Assembly (NCBI GenBank): GCA_040767085.1
Contig: JAXGPF010000008.1
Coordinates: 214,482-278,481 of the forward strand
Direction of reading: 5' to 3'
Length of the DNA: 64,000 bases
From: Kiritimatiellia bacterium
Lineage (GTDB): Bacteria > Verrucomicrobiota > Kiritimatiellia > JAAZAB01
A program made the translations under genes and the position numbers. The notes below the pieces were generated by a model. That model worked only from the letters and a program-made list of their open reading frames with translations, was not told the DNA's origin and made no database searches. Of the stretch, positions 37,601 through 47,007 are shown one piece after another (within the stretch, counting starts at the first letter, position 1; each line of letters opens with the position of its first letter).

Positions 37601-38553
37601 AAACCATGCCGCCCAATCAAAGCGCCGGACGGACCGGCCAGAACGTGAGCCTGGATTTGGCCGCGATCAAGCGCATTCTTCCGCATCGCTATCCGATGCT
37701 CATGCTGGATTACGCGCAATGGCTGCCGGCGGAGCAATGCGGCGCAGCCTGGAAATGCGTCGCGGCCGACGAGCCGTTTTTCCCCGGCCATTTTCCGGGC
37801 CGCCCGGTCATGCCAGGGGTGCTGATCCTGGAAGCCATGCTGCAGAATGCCGGGATCGTGCTGCACCACCTGGCGGCGCCGGGCAACGGCGATCCGATGG
37901 TCACCGCCATGCGTAAAATCAAGTTCCGGCGCCCGGTGATACCCGGCGATCTGCTGCAATTGCGCGCCCGGCTGCAATCCTTGCGTCCGCGCACGGCGGT
38001 GCTGGCGGCTTCCGCCATGGTGCGCGATCAAATCGCCTGCCAGGCGGAAATCACCATCAGCCGTTGCCCCGCGATGCCCCCCCCGCCGCCGCCCATGCCG
38101 TTGCCGGAAACCGCCGGCGAACCGCTGCTGACCGCCGATAAAATCCTGGCAATCATCCCCCACCGCCATCCCATGCTCATGGTAGACGCCATCCTTAAAA
38201 TTGAAGGCGACACGCTGACGGCTGTAAAAAATGTTTCCGGCAACGAGCCTTTTTTCCGGGGGCATTTCCCCGGCCCGCTGGTCATGCCCGGATCGCTCCT
38301 CCTGGAAACGATGGCCCAGGCGGGCGCGGTGTATATCCTGCAGCAGCCGGCGCATCGCGGCAAACTGATCTATTTCATGGGCGTGGACCGCGTGCGGTTC
38401 CGGCGTCCCGTTCAGCCGGGTTGCCAGTTGCTGATCACCGCGCAACTCCTGTCGTTGCGCAGCCGCGCCGGCCGCGCACGCGGCGCCATCCGTGTGAACG
38501 GCGCCCTGGCGGTGGACGCTGAACTCAGTTTTGCGATGGTGGAGGCCGGCTAA
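37597..38553 (+). CDS. fabZ: Tandem double FabZ-like 3-hydroxyacyl-ACP dehydratase
   Basis: Two copies of PHR.PML..D / EPFF.GHFPG..VMPG.L.LE.M.Q joined by a Pro-rich linker. Confidence 0.85.
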   Translation: MKTMPPNQSAGRTGQNVSLDLAAIKRILPHRYPMLMLDYAQWLPAEQCGAAWKCVAADEPFFPGHFPGRPVMPGVLILEAMLQNAGIVLHHLAAPGNGDPMVTAMRKIKFRRPVIPGDLLQLRARLQSLRPRTAVLAASAMVRDQIACQAEITISRCPAMPPPPPPMPLPETAGEPLLTADKILAIIPHRHPMLMVDAILKIEGDTLTAVKNVSGNEPFFRGHFPGPLVMPGSLLLETMAQAGAVYILQQPAHRGKLIYFMGVDRVRFRRPVQPGCQLLITAQLLSLRSRAGRARGAIRVNGALAVDAELSFAMVEAG

Positions 38554-38569
38554 CGCCAGGACCGAAAAC

Positions 38570-39454
38570 GTGAATAGTGTTCAATCTCAAGCCGCCCTGG
38601 CCGGGGCAGGGCGGATCGGCCCTGCCGCTCTCCGGAGCGGTAACGCCGGCCGGCGGCGCGCGCTCCTGCTGTCGCTGCTGCTGGCGGGCGGGCCGCTCCG
38701 CGCGGCGGAAGATGCGCCGCCGCTCTCCGCTGCGGAGATCATGGAGCGGGTGCGCGCCAATCTTCCGGAGATGCCGGTGATGATGCGCGGTCAATTGCGG
38801 AGCGGGCCGCTGCAAGGCGGCTTCGACCATAAATATTACGTGGAAATCCGTTGGGATTTCGGTCGGCGGCCCATGACGGCCGACTATGTTCTGCGCGACC
38901 GGTTTGGCGGCCCGTTGGAGCAGTTGTTCGTCTTGCGGCACGGCCCGGCGGATGTGGATGTGCGTTATACCAGGGGGGAGCAGGCGGTGTCCGGCGCACT
39001 GCCGCCGGCGCATGAAAACATCCAGGCCACGGATGTCACCTGGGGCGATTTGATGCTGTCGTTCTTATGGTGGCCCGCGACGCGCCTGGTCGGCCGCGAT
39101 ACGTTCCGCGGCCGCGATTGCCTGGTGGTGGAATTGGCGCCCCCGGGAACGGCGCCGGCCGCGCCGGACGTTGCCGCTGCCGCCCTGCCGGAAACGCGCC
39201 GGTTGTGGGTGGATGAAAAAATGTTTGTCTTTTTGCAGATGGAAGTCTGGCTCTCAGGCCAGCCGGCGCGGCGGCTGATGGTTCGCAGTTTCAAAAAAAT
39301 CAACGACCAGTGGATGATCAAGGATCTGGAAATGCGCGCGGTGGGATTGTCCCATCGTACCTTGCTGCAGATCGAGGATATGACCACTCCGGAGACGCCC
39401 GGGGCAGCGGCGGCGGGGGAGCAGGTCCCGCCCTTACCGCCGGTTGAACGCTGA
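38570..39454 (+). CDS. Outer-membrane lipoprotein-sorting (LolA-like) protein
   Basis: Signal peptide; TDVTWGDL, GRDCLVVEL, LWVDEK, KKINDQWMIKDLEM. Confidence 0.65.
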   Translation: MNSVQSQAALAGAGRIGPAALRSGNAGRRRALLLSLLLAGGPLRAAEDAPPLSAAEIMERVRANLPEMPVMMRGQLRSGPLQGGFDHKYYVEIRWDFGRRPMTADYVLRDRFGGPLEQLFVLRHGPADVDVRYTRGEQAVSGALPPAHENIQATDVTWGDLMLSFLWWPATRLVGRDTFRGRDCLVVELAPPGTAPAAPDVAAAALPETRRLWVDEKMFVFLQMEVWLSGQPARRLMVRSFKKINDQWMIKDLEMRAVGLSHRTLLQIEDMTTPETPGAAAAGEQVPPLPPVER

Positions 39455-39559
39455 GGCCGGCCGCGCGCCGCTGCGCCTCATGCGACCACCGTCATCAGCA
39501 CGGAACGCCGGCGCGGCCCGTCAAACTCACAGAAGTAGTTGCGTGGCACATCCGCCGCG

Positions 39560-40609
39560 TCACTCCACCAGCCGCCGGGCTTCCCCGTTGGCGTTGCCGG
39601 TTAATCCGGCGACCAGGTTGTTGACCAACTCGTCTTTGCGCTGGAGGCGCTGGTCGGCTGTCATTCCGGTCAAGTCCAGGTAGCCGGCGGCAGCGTGGCT
39701 GTGGCCGCCGCAGGATCCGGCGTAGCGCCGGGTGATTTTGCGCAAGTACCGGGCGCAATCCGCGCCGGTTTCGCTCCGGATGGAAATGAGCAGACGGTCG
39801 CCCATGCCGGCGGTGCAGAAAGCCCAGGTAATCCGTTCAATCCGCAGCAGCAAATCGGCCAGTTCGGCCACGATTTCCGGTTGGGGCGTTTCCGGCAGGT
39901 GGGACCAGGCTACGCGGCGGTAAGTCCGCGCCTGGCGCATGCCCTCGGTCAGGAAAGCGTAGTATTCGCGGGGCAGCGGGGCTGTGCGGATGCGGCCCAG
40001 CAGCCGCAGGTTGGCTCCCGCCAGCAGCGCCATGTACGCGGTTATGTCGCGCGCCGTGGCGCCATGGGTGAATTCAATGGTCTCCACGGCAATGGCGTAG
40101 GCCATGATGGTCGCCAGCCAGGGCGGCGGGACGATTTGCGCCGCTGCCAGGAGTTCGTACAGGCGGGTGGCCGTGGCGCCCAGGTTCGGCTGGATGTCTA
40201 AAAACAAGCCGCCAGGCGGCCCCGCCTGGCGCGCCGTCAAGCGGGTCGGCCGTTGATGATGGTCAAACACGGCTACCGGCCGGAAGCCGGCGGGGCGCGT
40301 AACGTTGCCGCTCCAGGGCAACACGTCAACGAAAATCGCGGGTTGGGACCGGCCGGCGGGCGCGGCTTTTTTAACGGCGCCGGTACGGTAGCGGAAATGG
40401 CGCAGTAGTTCCCGGTTTTCCGGCCGCGAAACATCGCCGTGATAGACAATCCGGCCCTTGATCCGCCAGCGCTGCCGCAACAGCAGTTGCATGGCGGCGG
40501 CGGAAGCCAGGGCGTCGGGGTCGGGATAATCATGGGTAACGATCCAGACCTGTCCGCGGGCGGGCAGGGCGGCTTGCAGGCGCGCCAGGCATTCAACATC
40601 CGCATTCAT
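39560..40609 (-). CDS. DHH-family phosphoesterase
   Basis: HDYPDPDALAS, VFDHH, ISIRS, GGHSHAAAG. Confidence 0.88.
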   Translation of the reverse strand: MNADVECLARLQAALPARGQVWIVTHDYPDPDALASAAAMQLLLRQRWRIKGRIVYHGDVSRPENRELLRHFRYRTGAVKKAAPAGRSQPAIFVDVLPWSGNVTRPAGFRPVAVFDHHQRPTRLTARQAGPPGGLFLDIQPNLGATATRLYELLAAAQIVPPPWLATIMAYAIAVETIEFTHGATARDITAYMALLAGANLRLLGRIRTAPLPREYYAFLTEGMRQARTYRRVAWSHLPETPQPEIVAELADLLLRIERITWAFCTAGMGDRLLISIRSETGADCARYLRKITRRYAGSCGGHSHAAAGYLDLTGMTADQRLQRKDELVNNLVAGLTGNANGEARRLVE

Positions 40610-40788
40610 TTCAACAGCAGGCCGATCGCCACGCCGACGGCGATGAAGCCCAGGAAAACAATGGACTTGATCGCCGTGACGGTGGTGAAAACCAGGTGCA
40701 CGGAAATGTCCGCCCCCTTGGTGTTGAAAACCAGCACCAGGGCGGTCAGCAGCAATATCGCCAAGGCGGCCATCATTTTTTTAGGCAT
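40606..40788 (-). CDS. Small 2-TM membrane protein (LapA/DUF1049-like)
   Basis: AAGGAG RBS; two hydrophobic segments; ATGA overlap with the DHH gene. Confidence 0.65.
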   Translation of the reverse strand: MPKKMMAALAILLLTALVLVFNTKGADISVHLVFTTVTAIKSIVFLGFIAVGVAIGLLLK

Positions 40789-40914
40789 GGATGCTCCTTG
40801 TCTTTTTAAACAGGATAATCATAACATTTACCCGGCGCCAGGCAATGCAAATCCGCGGCATGCCAACCTGCGGCCCAGGGCTGCCTCATTATCAGCGGCA
40901 GCTCCCGCGCCAAG

Positions 40915-41085
40915 TTGCACGCCGTTCCCGAGGTAGGGCGCGCAGTCCCTTGCGCGCCGTTCCGGATTGGAGGCGGCCAAGGGACCCAGGCTTTGCCAAG
41001 GCTACGCCGGGCAAGCTGGCCGCCCTACCGAAGGATGAAGACGGATTCCAAAGGTAGGGCGCGGTCTCCGCACCGCGCCGTCTTT
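40915..41085 (+). repeat. GTAG-type REP/BIME-like element (intact copy)
   Basis: GTAG-GGCGCGCA..TGCGCGCC and GTAG-GGCGCGGT..ACCGCGCC palindromes; inverted homolog split between 46877-47007 and 53156-53230. Confidence 0.8.
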
Positions 41086-41187
41086 TCCGAGAATGACGCA
41101 GCCGCGGCCATCGTCCGGGGGGCGGGATAAAAAATGTTTCCATTTGACGCTGCTCAGTGTATCCTGTGACGCTCAGTTTTTAAAAGC

Positions 41188-42855
41188 ATGGCAGGAGAGA
41201 GCGATATGGAAATGTTGAAAAAATCCGGCGCGTCCCGGCCCAAGGGCCCGGTGGTGCTGGCGATCATGGACGGCGTGGGCATCGGCAAATATCCCGAGGG
41301 CGACGCCGTGCGCACGGCCTTGACCCCGCAACTGGATTGGCTGGCGCAGCACGCTCTCACCAGCCGGTTGAAGGCCCATGGGCGCGCGGTCGGCTTGCCC
41401 TCCGATGCCGACATGGGCAACAGCGAAGTCGGCCATAACGCCATCGGATGCGGCCGGGTGTTCGACCAGGGCGCGATGCTGGTGAATGCCGCCATTGAAT
41501 CGGGCAGCTTGTTCCGCGGGGCGGTCTGGCGCGGTTTGATTGAAAACTGCCTGGCCCGCCAGTCCACCCTGCATTTCATCGGGTTGTTTTCCGACGGCAA
41601 TGTTCACAGCCATCTCGATCATTTGCGCGCCATGCTGCGCCAGGCCAAAAAGGAGGGCGTGCGCCGCGCGCGGGTGCATATCCTGCTGGACGGACGCGAT
41701 GTGGGCGAGACTTCCGCCCTGGATTATGTTGATCCGTTCGAGCAATTCCTGGCGGAACTTAACGCCGACCGGACGGTGGACTACCGCATCGCCTCCGGCG
41801 GCGGGCGCATGCGGATCACCATGGACCGCTACAATGCCGACTGGGGCATGGTCCGGTTGGGGTGGGCAACCCATGTGCATGCCAGCGGCCCGCAGTTTCC
41901 TTCGGCGCGCGCGGCGATCAAGGCTCACCGCCAGGCCCAGCCCGGGGTCATCGACCAGGATTTGCCGCCGTTTGTCATCGCCGAAAACGGCCGGCCGGTG
42001 GGGCCGATCGAAGATGGCGACAGCGTGATCTTCTTCAATTTCCGGGGCGACCGCGGGATTGAAATCAGCCGTACTTTTGAGGAGGATGATTTTGCCGAGT
42101 TCGACCGCGGCCGCCGGCCCCGGGTGCAATATGCCGGCATGATGCAGTATGACGGCGACCTGCAAATTCCCAAGTCCTACCTGGTCAGCCCGCCGGCGCT
42201 CAGCCGCACGATGGGCGAGTTGCTCTGCCATGCCGGCATCCGCCAACTGGCGATCAGCGAAACCCAGAAGTTCGGGCATGTGACTTATTTCTTCAACGGC
42301 AACCGGTCGGGTAAATTTGACGAGCGCCTGGAAGAATACGTGGAAATTCCCTCCGACCGCATTCCCTTTGAGCAGCGGCCCTGGATGAAAGCCGCTGAGA
42401 TTACCGACCGTGTGGCGGCGGAAATCACCGCCAACCAATATCCGTTCATCAGGTTGAATTATCCCAACGGCGACATGGTGGGCCATACCGGCGTTTATCA
42501 GGCCGCGCAGATTGCGGTGGAAACCGTGGATCTGTGTTTAGCCCGGTTGCTCTCGGCCGTGCGCGCGGCGGGCGGCATCCTGGTGGTCTCCGCCGATCAT
42601 GGCAATGCCGACGACATGTACGAACATGACAAAAATGGCGCGGTGTCCGTCAACCCGGAGACGGGGCGCCCCAGGGCCAAGACCAGCCATTCGCTCAACC
42701 CCGTGCCGGTGCATATCTTTGATCCCGCCCCGGGCAGCCCCTGGCGGCTGGCGGAAAACAGCGGACAGGGGATCAGCAGCCTGGCGGCCACCTGCCTGGC
42801 CCTGCTGGGATTCGTGCCGCCCGCGGATTACGATCCGCCGCTGGTGCGCCTGTAA
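41188..42855 (+). CDS. gpmI: 2,3-bisphosphoglycerate-independent phosphoglycerate mutase
   Basis: MGNSEVGH, SDGNVHS, LDGRDV, NGDMVGHTG, ADHGNA. Confidence 0.96.
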   Translation: MAGESDMEMLKKSGASRPKGPVVLAIMDGVGIGKYPEGDAVRTALTPQLDWLAQHALTSRLKAHGRAVGLPSDADMGNSEVGHNAIGCGRVFDQGAMLVNAAIESGSLFRGAVWRGLIENCLARQSTLHFIGLFSDGNVHSHLDHLRAMLRQAKKEGVRRARVHILLDGRDVGETSALDYVDPFEQFLAELNADRTVDYRIASGGGRMRITMDRYNADWGMVRLGWATHVHASGPQFPSARAAIKAHRQAQPGVIDQDLPPFVIAENGRPVGPIEDGDSVIFFNFRGDRGIEISRTFEEDDFAEFDRGRRPRVQYAGMMQYDGDLQIPKSYLVSPPALSRTMGELLCHAGIRQLAISETQKFGHVTYFFNGNRSGKFDERLEEYVEIPSDRIPFEQRPWMKAAEITDRVAAEITANQYPFIRLNYPNGDMVGHTGVYQAAQIAVETVDLCLARLLSAVRAAGGILVVSADHGNADDMYEHDKNGAVSVNPETGRPRAKTSHSLNPVPVHIFDPAPGSPWRLAENSGQGISSLAATCLALLGFVPPADYDPPLVRL

Positions 42856-42940
42856 CAAGGTATCCGGGGCACGCTGGCGGCAATGCGCGCCCGGCCGTTG
42901 GATTGTGGGCGCAAGCTCACGTTAGACGAGGAATTGTGTA

Positions 42941-43960
42941 ATGCCCGAAGAACCGTTTGGGTTGGTTTTGCATGGGATGATAGACGACATCCGGCGCGCT
43001 TACGACAAATGGGAGCGCCAGCCGGTGGATTTGGACCTTTCCGGCGCGCCGCCAGACCCGGCGGCGCCCTGCCAGACCACTATCGCCCGCGAGCAGTCGA
43101 TCAGCGGACCAGGCACGTTTTTCGGCAAGGAACAGCGGACCCTGGTGTTTGCGCCGTCTTCCCGTCCGGGATGGTGGTTTGAGCGGCGCGACCTCCCAGG
43201 CTCGCTGCCGATCCGGGTGTCCGTGCGCAATGTCTGGACCACCGCCCGCAATATCGTGCTGCGCAGCGGCTCGCCGCACAATTACATGCGCATGGTGGAA
43301 CATATCATTGCGCTGCGCGTGGGCATGCAGATTGACAACCTGGTGATCCGCGTGGATTCGGGCGATCCGCCCCTGTTCGACCGCGGCAGCCTGGACCTGG
43401 TCGAAGCCCTGGAAGCGGTCGGCACGGTTGCGTCCACCGTGCCGGCGGTCTGGTGGACGCCGGCGGAGCCGGTCACCGTCGGCGGCGCCAACGGCAGTTT
43501 CCTGACCTTGTTGCCGGCCTCCGCCCCCGAGTTGTGCGTGGATTGCGCGACGGATTTTCCCAACGCCATCGGCCGGCAGCGGCTGCGCTTCACCTTGAAC
43601 CGGCAGGTTTTCCGGCAGGGTGCGCCGGCGCGCACCAACACCACCGCCGGTATGAAGTTATATTGCCACACCATCGGCAAACTGTTCGCCGACATCCGCA
43701 ACCTGGGCTACACGGACAGCAACATCCTGATTGCCGGTAAGCGCCGGTATTTGAACGAGCCGCAACTGCTGCATGCAGGCAAATCGCTGGAAGCGGTCTG
43801 GCATCGCGCCATGCTGGATTTGCTGGCCGCCCTGGCGTTGATTGAGGACGGCCGCCTGGCCGCCCGGGTCATTTCCTACAAGTCCGGCCATGCCCTGGAT
43901 GTCGAGATGGTGCGGATTCTCTACAAGTACAACCTGCTGCGGCCGCTGGCGGTCATTTAA
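42941..43960 (+). CDS. lpxC: Divergent LpxC-like UDP-3-O-acyl-GlcNAc deacetylase
   Basis: QTTI....SG.G, VEH, IDN, P.FD.GS, ART, H..LDL, YKSGH align with LpxC motifs. Confidence 0.7.
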   Translation: MPEEPFGLVLHGMIDDIRRAYDKWERQPVDLDLSGAPPDPAAPCQTTIAREQSISGPGTFFGKEQRTLVFAPSSRPGWWFERRDLPGSLPIRVSVRNVWTTARNIVLRSGSPHNYMRMVEHIIALRVGMQIDNLVIRVDSGDPPLFDRGSLDLVEALEAVGTVASTVPAVWWTPAEPVTVGGANGSFLTLLPASAPELCVDCATDFPNAIGRQRLRFTLNRQVFRQGAPARTNTTAGMKLYCHTIGKLFADIRNLGYTDSNILIAGKRRYLNEPQLLHAGKSLEAVWHRAMLDLLAALALIEDGRLAARVISYKSGHALDVEMVRILYKYNLLRPLAVI

Positions 43961-44074
43961 TGTTGTAGCGGCCGAACTGTGTTCGGCATTCCGCCTGGTC
44001 ATGGCAAGGCGCATTTGTATGCGGCATTTGCCAGCCGCGGCCGGATTTGTGAGAACCTTTGGCGGCGTTCCGGA

Positions 44075-45223
44075 TTATTCCGGCAATGGCGCGGCAATCT
44101 CGAATTTTTCCGCGAACCGCAGCCAGACGGCCGCGCGCTGCCAGCGCCGCACCAGCGCGGCAATTTCCGGCGCCGGTGTCTGCTTAGGGTGATTGGCGCA
44201 CCAGGCGAGCACATCGTTGTCCAATAACAGGTATGGCTCCAGGTCGAATTCCTGCGCCAATTCCGCGCGCCATTGCTGCATGGTTTTCAACCGGATTTTA
44301 TAATTCGGGGCCGGCCGCGGCCGGCGTACCCGCGCCGGATGCTGTTCTTCCCGCGCCTGCTGGCCGGCGTGCCAGGCCGCCAGCAGCTTGTCCAGGTTGT
44401 GGGATTGCCGCAGGGCGGGATGGACGCCGCGCAGTTCGCGCAGATCCTTCAGGGTGAGTTGGCTGCGCGCCGCCAGGTCCAGCAGGATTTCGTTGCGCAT
44501 GATGAAATGCAGCGGCCGGTTGGCCTGGCGCGCCAGCGTGTCGCGGAATTCCGTCAGGGCGCCCAGGACCGCCAGTTGCCGGGGCGTCAGCAGGGAGCTG
44601 CGTTTCATGCGGTGATGCAACGGCGATTCGGGAGCCCGCATTTCCTGGCGTTCGGCGAAATCGAATTCCTCCTCCGCCCAGGCGGCGCGGCCCAGTTCGG
44701 CCAGGCGCTCCGACAAGCGATCGCGCAAGGCGTGCAGGTGCGCCGTGTCGCCGACGGCGTAGGCCAGGGCTTCCGCGGGAATGGGCCGTTTCATCCAGTT
44801 CATGGTCTGGAAGCGTTTGTTGGTGGCAACGTCAAAATATTCCGCGAGCAAATTGCCCAGGCCGAATTTGCGGTGGCCGCATAATTGCGCGGCGATTTTA
44901 GTGTCGAACACCCCGTGCAGTTTCCAGCCGTAAACGTGGTGCGCCGCCCGGCGGTCGAAATCCGCGTCATGCAGGATCGTCTGGCGCGCCGGGTCGCTGA
45001 AGATTACGCCCAGCGGCTGCAAATCAATCCCGGACAGCGGGTCGATGATATAATGCCGGTTGTCCGGGGTGGATAGTTGAATCAAGGCGATGTGCAATCC
45101 GTAGAGATGGCAATGGTTCTCCATCTCCATGTCCAGCGCCAGGGATGGCGCGGCTTCCAGCACGGGCAGCGCCAGGCGCAATTGCGCGGGGGACTGGATC
45201 AGTTCGTAGAAGGTGGCCGGCAC
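44075..45223 (-). CDS. rnd: Ribonuclease D (DEDDy 3'-5' exonuclease + HRDC)
   Basis: ALDME, LIQL, HDADFD, FDTKIAAQL, W.KRP, YAVGDT; HRDC-like helices; GTG start assumed. Confidence 0.85.
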   Translation of the reverse strand: MPATFYELIQSPAQLRLALPVLEAAPSLALDMEMENHCHLYGLHIALIQLSTPDNRHYIIDPLSGIDLQPLGVIFSDPARQTILHDADFDRRAAHHVYGWKLHGVFDTKIAAQLCGHRKFGLGNLLAEYFDVATNKRFQTMNWMKRPIPAEALAYAVGDTAHLHALRDRLSERLAELGRAAWAEEEFDFAERQEMRAPESPLHHRMKRSSLLTPRQLAVLGALTEFRDTLARQANRPLHFIMRNEILLDLAARSQLTLKDLRELRGVHPALRQSHNLDKLLAAWHAGQQAREEQHPARVRRPRPAPNYKIRLKTMQQWRAELAQEFDLEPYLLLDNDVLAWCANHPKQTPAPEIAALVRRWQRAAVWLRFAEKFEIAAPLPE

Positions 45224-45225
45224 AG

Positions 45226-45315
45226 TTATTTCCGTTCCAGCAGGAGGTATGCCGCCCACAGGGCAATCGCCAGCACCACGGGAATTACCAGTAAAATCAG
45301 ATTGTTGTTGAACAT
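45226..45315 (-). CDS. 29-aa single-TM microprotein (below the ORF-track cutoff)
   Basis: MFNNNLILLVIPVVLAIALWAAYLLLERK*; GGAGG RBS 6 nt upstream; ends 2 nt before rnd. Confidence 0.55.
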   Translation of the reverse strand: MFNNNLILLVIPVVLAIALWAAYLLLERK

Positions 45316-45512
45316 CCAGCGCCTCCAAACCGGCCGGCCCGGCCCGCCGGGATTGCTTCAGGGATATAAGTGAACTTATACTAGCCGGTAACAGAGTCAT
45401 CCGTCAAGTATAATGCCGGCCTCCCTGACGCAGCCGTGCCATGACCCCGCAAATCTTGACAATTCCGGCAGGTAGCCGTAGCATGCATAAACCTGCCGGA
45501 AACCATGAGGCA

Positions 45513-46826
45513 ATGATGAATTTTAAATTCCCCGGATTGTCAATCGGTTGGCGGGCCGGCCTGGCCTGTTGGCTGGCTATGGCCGCCAGCTTGGGCGCGC
45601 CAGTCCCGGCAAACGCCGCCGCGACGGAGATTACGCCGGAACAGATGAATGCGGCCATGGGCCTGCCGCTCTGGTCGGGCGGAGATTTGTGGACGCAATC
45701 CGCGGCGGATGCCGCCGCCCGCCTGCAGGCCCGCCTGGAATCGGACACCGTCGCGGAATCTGTGTACCGAGTGGCGGCTGCCGAAGTGTTCGGCCTGCCG
45801 CCCGAGAACATGAAAATCACGGGCAAAAACGGCCCGGTAACGGACGTGCTGGTCATGTTTGCCAACAAGGGCGATACGCTGGGTGTCGCCCCCGACCAGC
45901 GCGCGGCCGCCAATCCGCGCGAATATCGCCAAGCCCTGGCGGCATTTCGGGAAAAGGAGTTGCAGCTTGCCAGGACTATCCGCAGGCAAAGTGATCACCT
46001 GGAGCAAACCTTGACCGCCCTTTTGGTGCCATATCGCAAAATGCGTTTCGGCGAAGGATACAAAACCGCGGAACTGGTCAAGGCCTGGCAATGGGCCGGG
46101 CATGTTTTCCTGCTGTCCGAGCAGAAGGATGCTTCGCTGTCAATGCGCATTGTTCCGGCGGCAGTGGCCGCCAACCGCGGCAAGGCGCAGCGGGTGTCCG
46201 ATGCGGATTTGCAAGCCGAATTGCAGACGCGGATTCTGCGCCGCGAGAATGGCGACGTGGTGATTACCGGCATTCCCATGATCAATCAGGGCGATAAGGG
46301 CTATTGCGTGCCCACCACGTGGGCGCGTTACCTGCGCTACATGGGCATCCCGGCCGATGAATACATGCTGGCCAACGCCGCCGGCACAGTCAAAGGCGGC
46401 GGCACGCGCCCATCCCAGATGCTGGCGGCGGTCAGTCAATTGGTGAAGCAGAACCGCCGGAGCATTAAAACGCTGACCGGCAGGCTTACCGTGGATCAAG
46501 TCGCGCGGTGCATCGACAAGGGCTTGCCGTTGATGTGGCGCATGTATGCCGTCGGACCGTTTACAGGCTACGGGTATCCCCCCGAACGCATGGCGGAGCT
46601 GACGCCGGCCGCTTGGAGCGCGTCCCTGGACGTGGCGCGGCGCGCCGCGAAAAGTATGAAAGTGGATACGACCCAGGGGCACACCAGCATGATCATCGGT
46701 TACAACGCCCAGACCGGCGAAATCGCCACCTCCGATTCATGGGGGGTGCGCCATGCCGAAAAGTGGTACACGATTGAAGCCGCCCAGGCCGTTTCCCAGA
46801 ATGAGCTGTACGTGATTTCCTGGTAA
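45513..46826 (+). CDS. Exported protein with C-terminal C39-like (papain-fold) peptidase domain
   Basis: Signal peptide; PMINQG.KGYCVP, GHTSMIIGYN, SDSWG (Cys-His-Asp). Confidence 0.75.
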   Translation: MMNFKFPGLSIGWRAGLACWLAMAASLGAPVPANAAATEITPEQMNAAMGLPLWSGGDLWTQSAADAAARLQARLESDTVAESVYRVAAAEVFGLPPENMKITGKNGPVTDVLVMFANKGDTLGVAPDQRAAANPREYRQALAAFREKELQLARTIRRQSDHLEQTLTALLVPYRKMRFGEGYKTAELVKAWQWAGHVFLLSEQKDASLSMRIVPAAVAANRGKAQRVSDADLQAELQTRILRRENGDVVITGIPMINQGDKGYCVPTTWARYLRYMGIPADEYMLANAAGTVKGGGTRPSQMLAAVSQLVKQNRRSIKTLTGRLTVDQVARCIDKGLPLMWRMYAVGPFTGYGYPPERMAELTPAAWSASLDVARRAAKSMKVDTTQGHTSMIIGYNAQTGEIATSDSWGVRHAEKWYTIEAAQAVSQNELYVISW

Positions 46827-47007
46827 GCGGAGTTTGGCCCGTCCGCCCGGGACCAGATTTGTGTCATTCCCGGGCAAGACGGCGCGGTGCGGCTGCCCCT
46901 GCATAGCTTCAGTGTAGGCCCGCAGGGAGATCGCGCCCTACCTCCGGAATCCGCGTTCATAATTCGGTAGGGCGGCCAGCTTGCCCGGCGTAGCCTTGGC
47001 AAAGCCT

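Noticed and set aside
44075..45400. Long N-terminal extensions in the ORF track (also 7286-8323, 18264-19676, 21153-22793, 23515-24684, 34589-35881)
   Set aside because: Extensions overlap neighbouring genes or promoters; family homology starts at downstream codons
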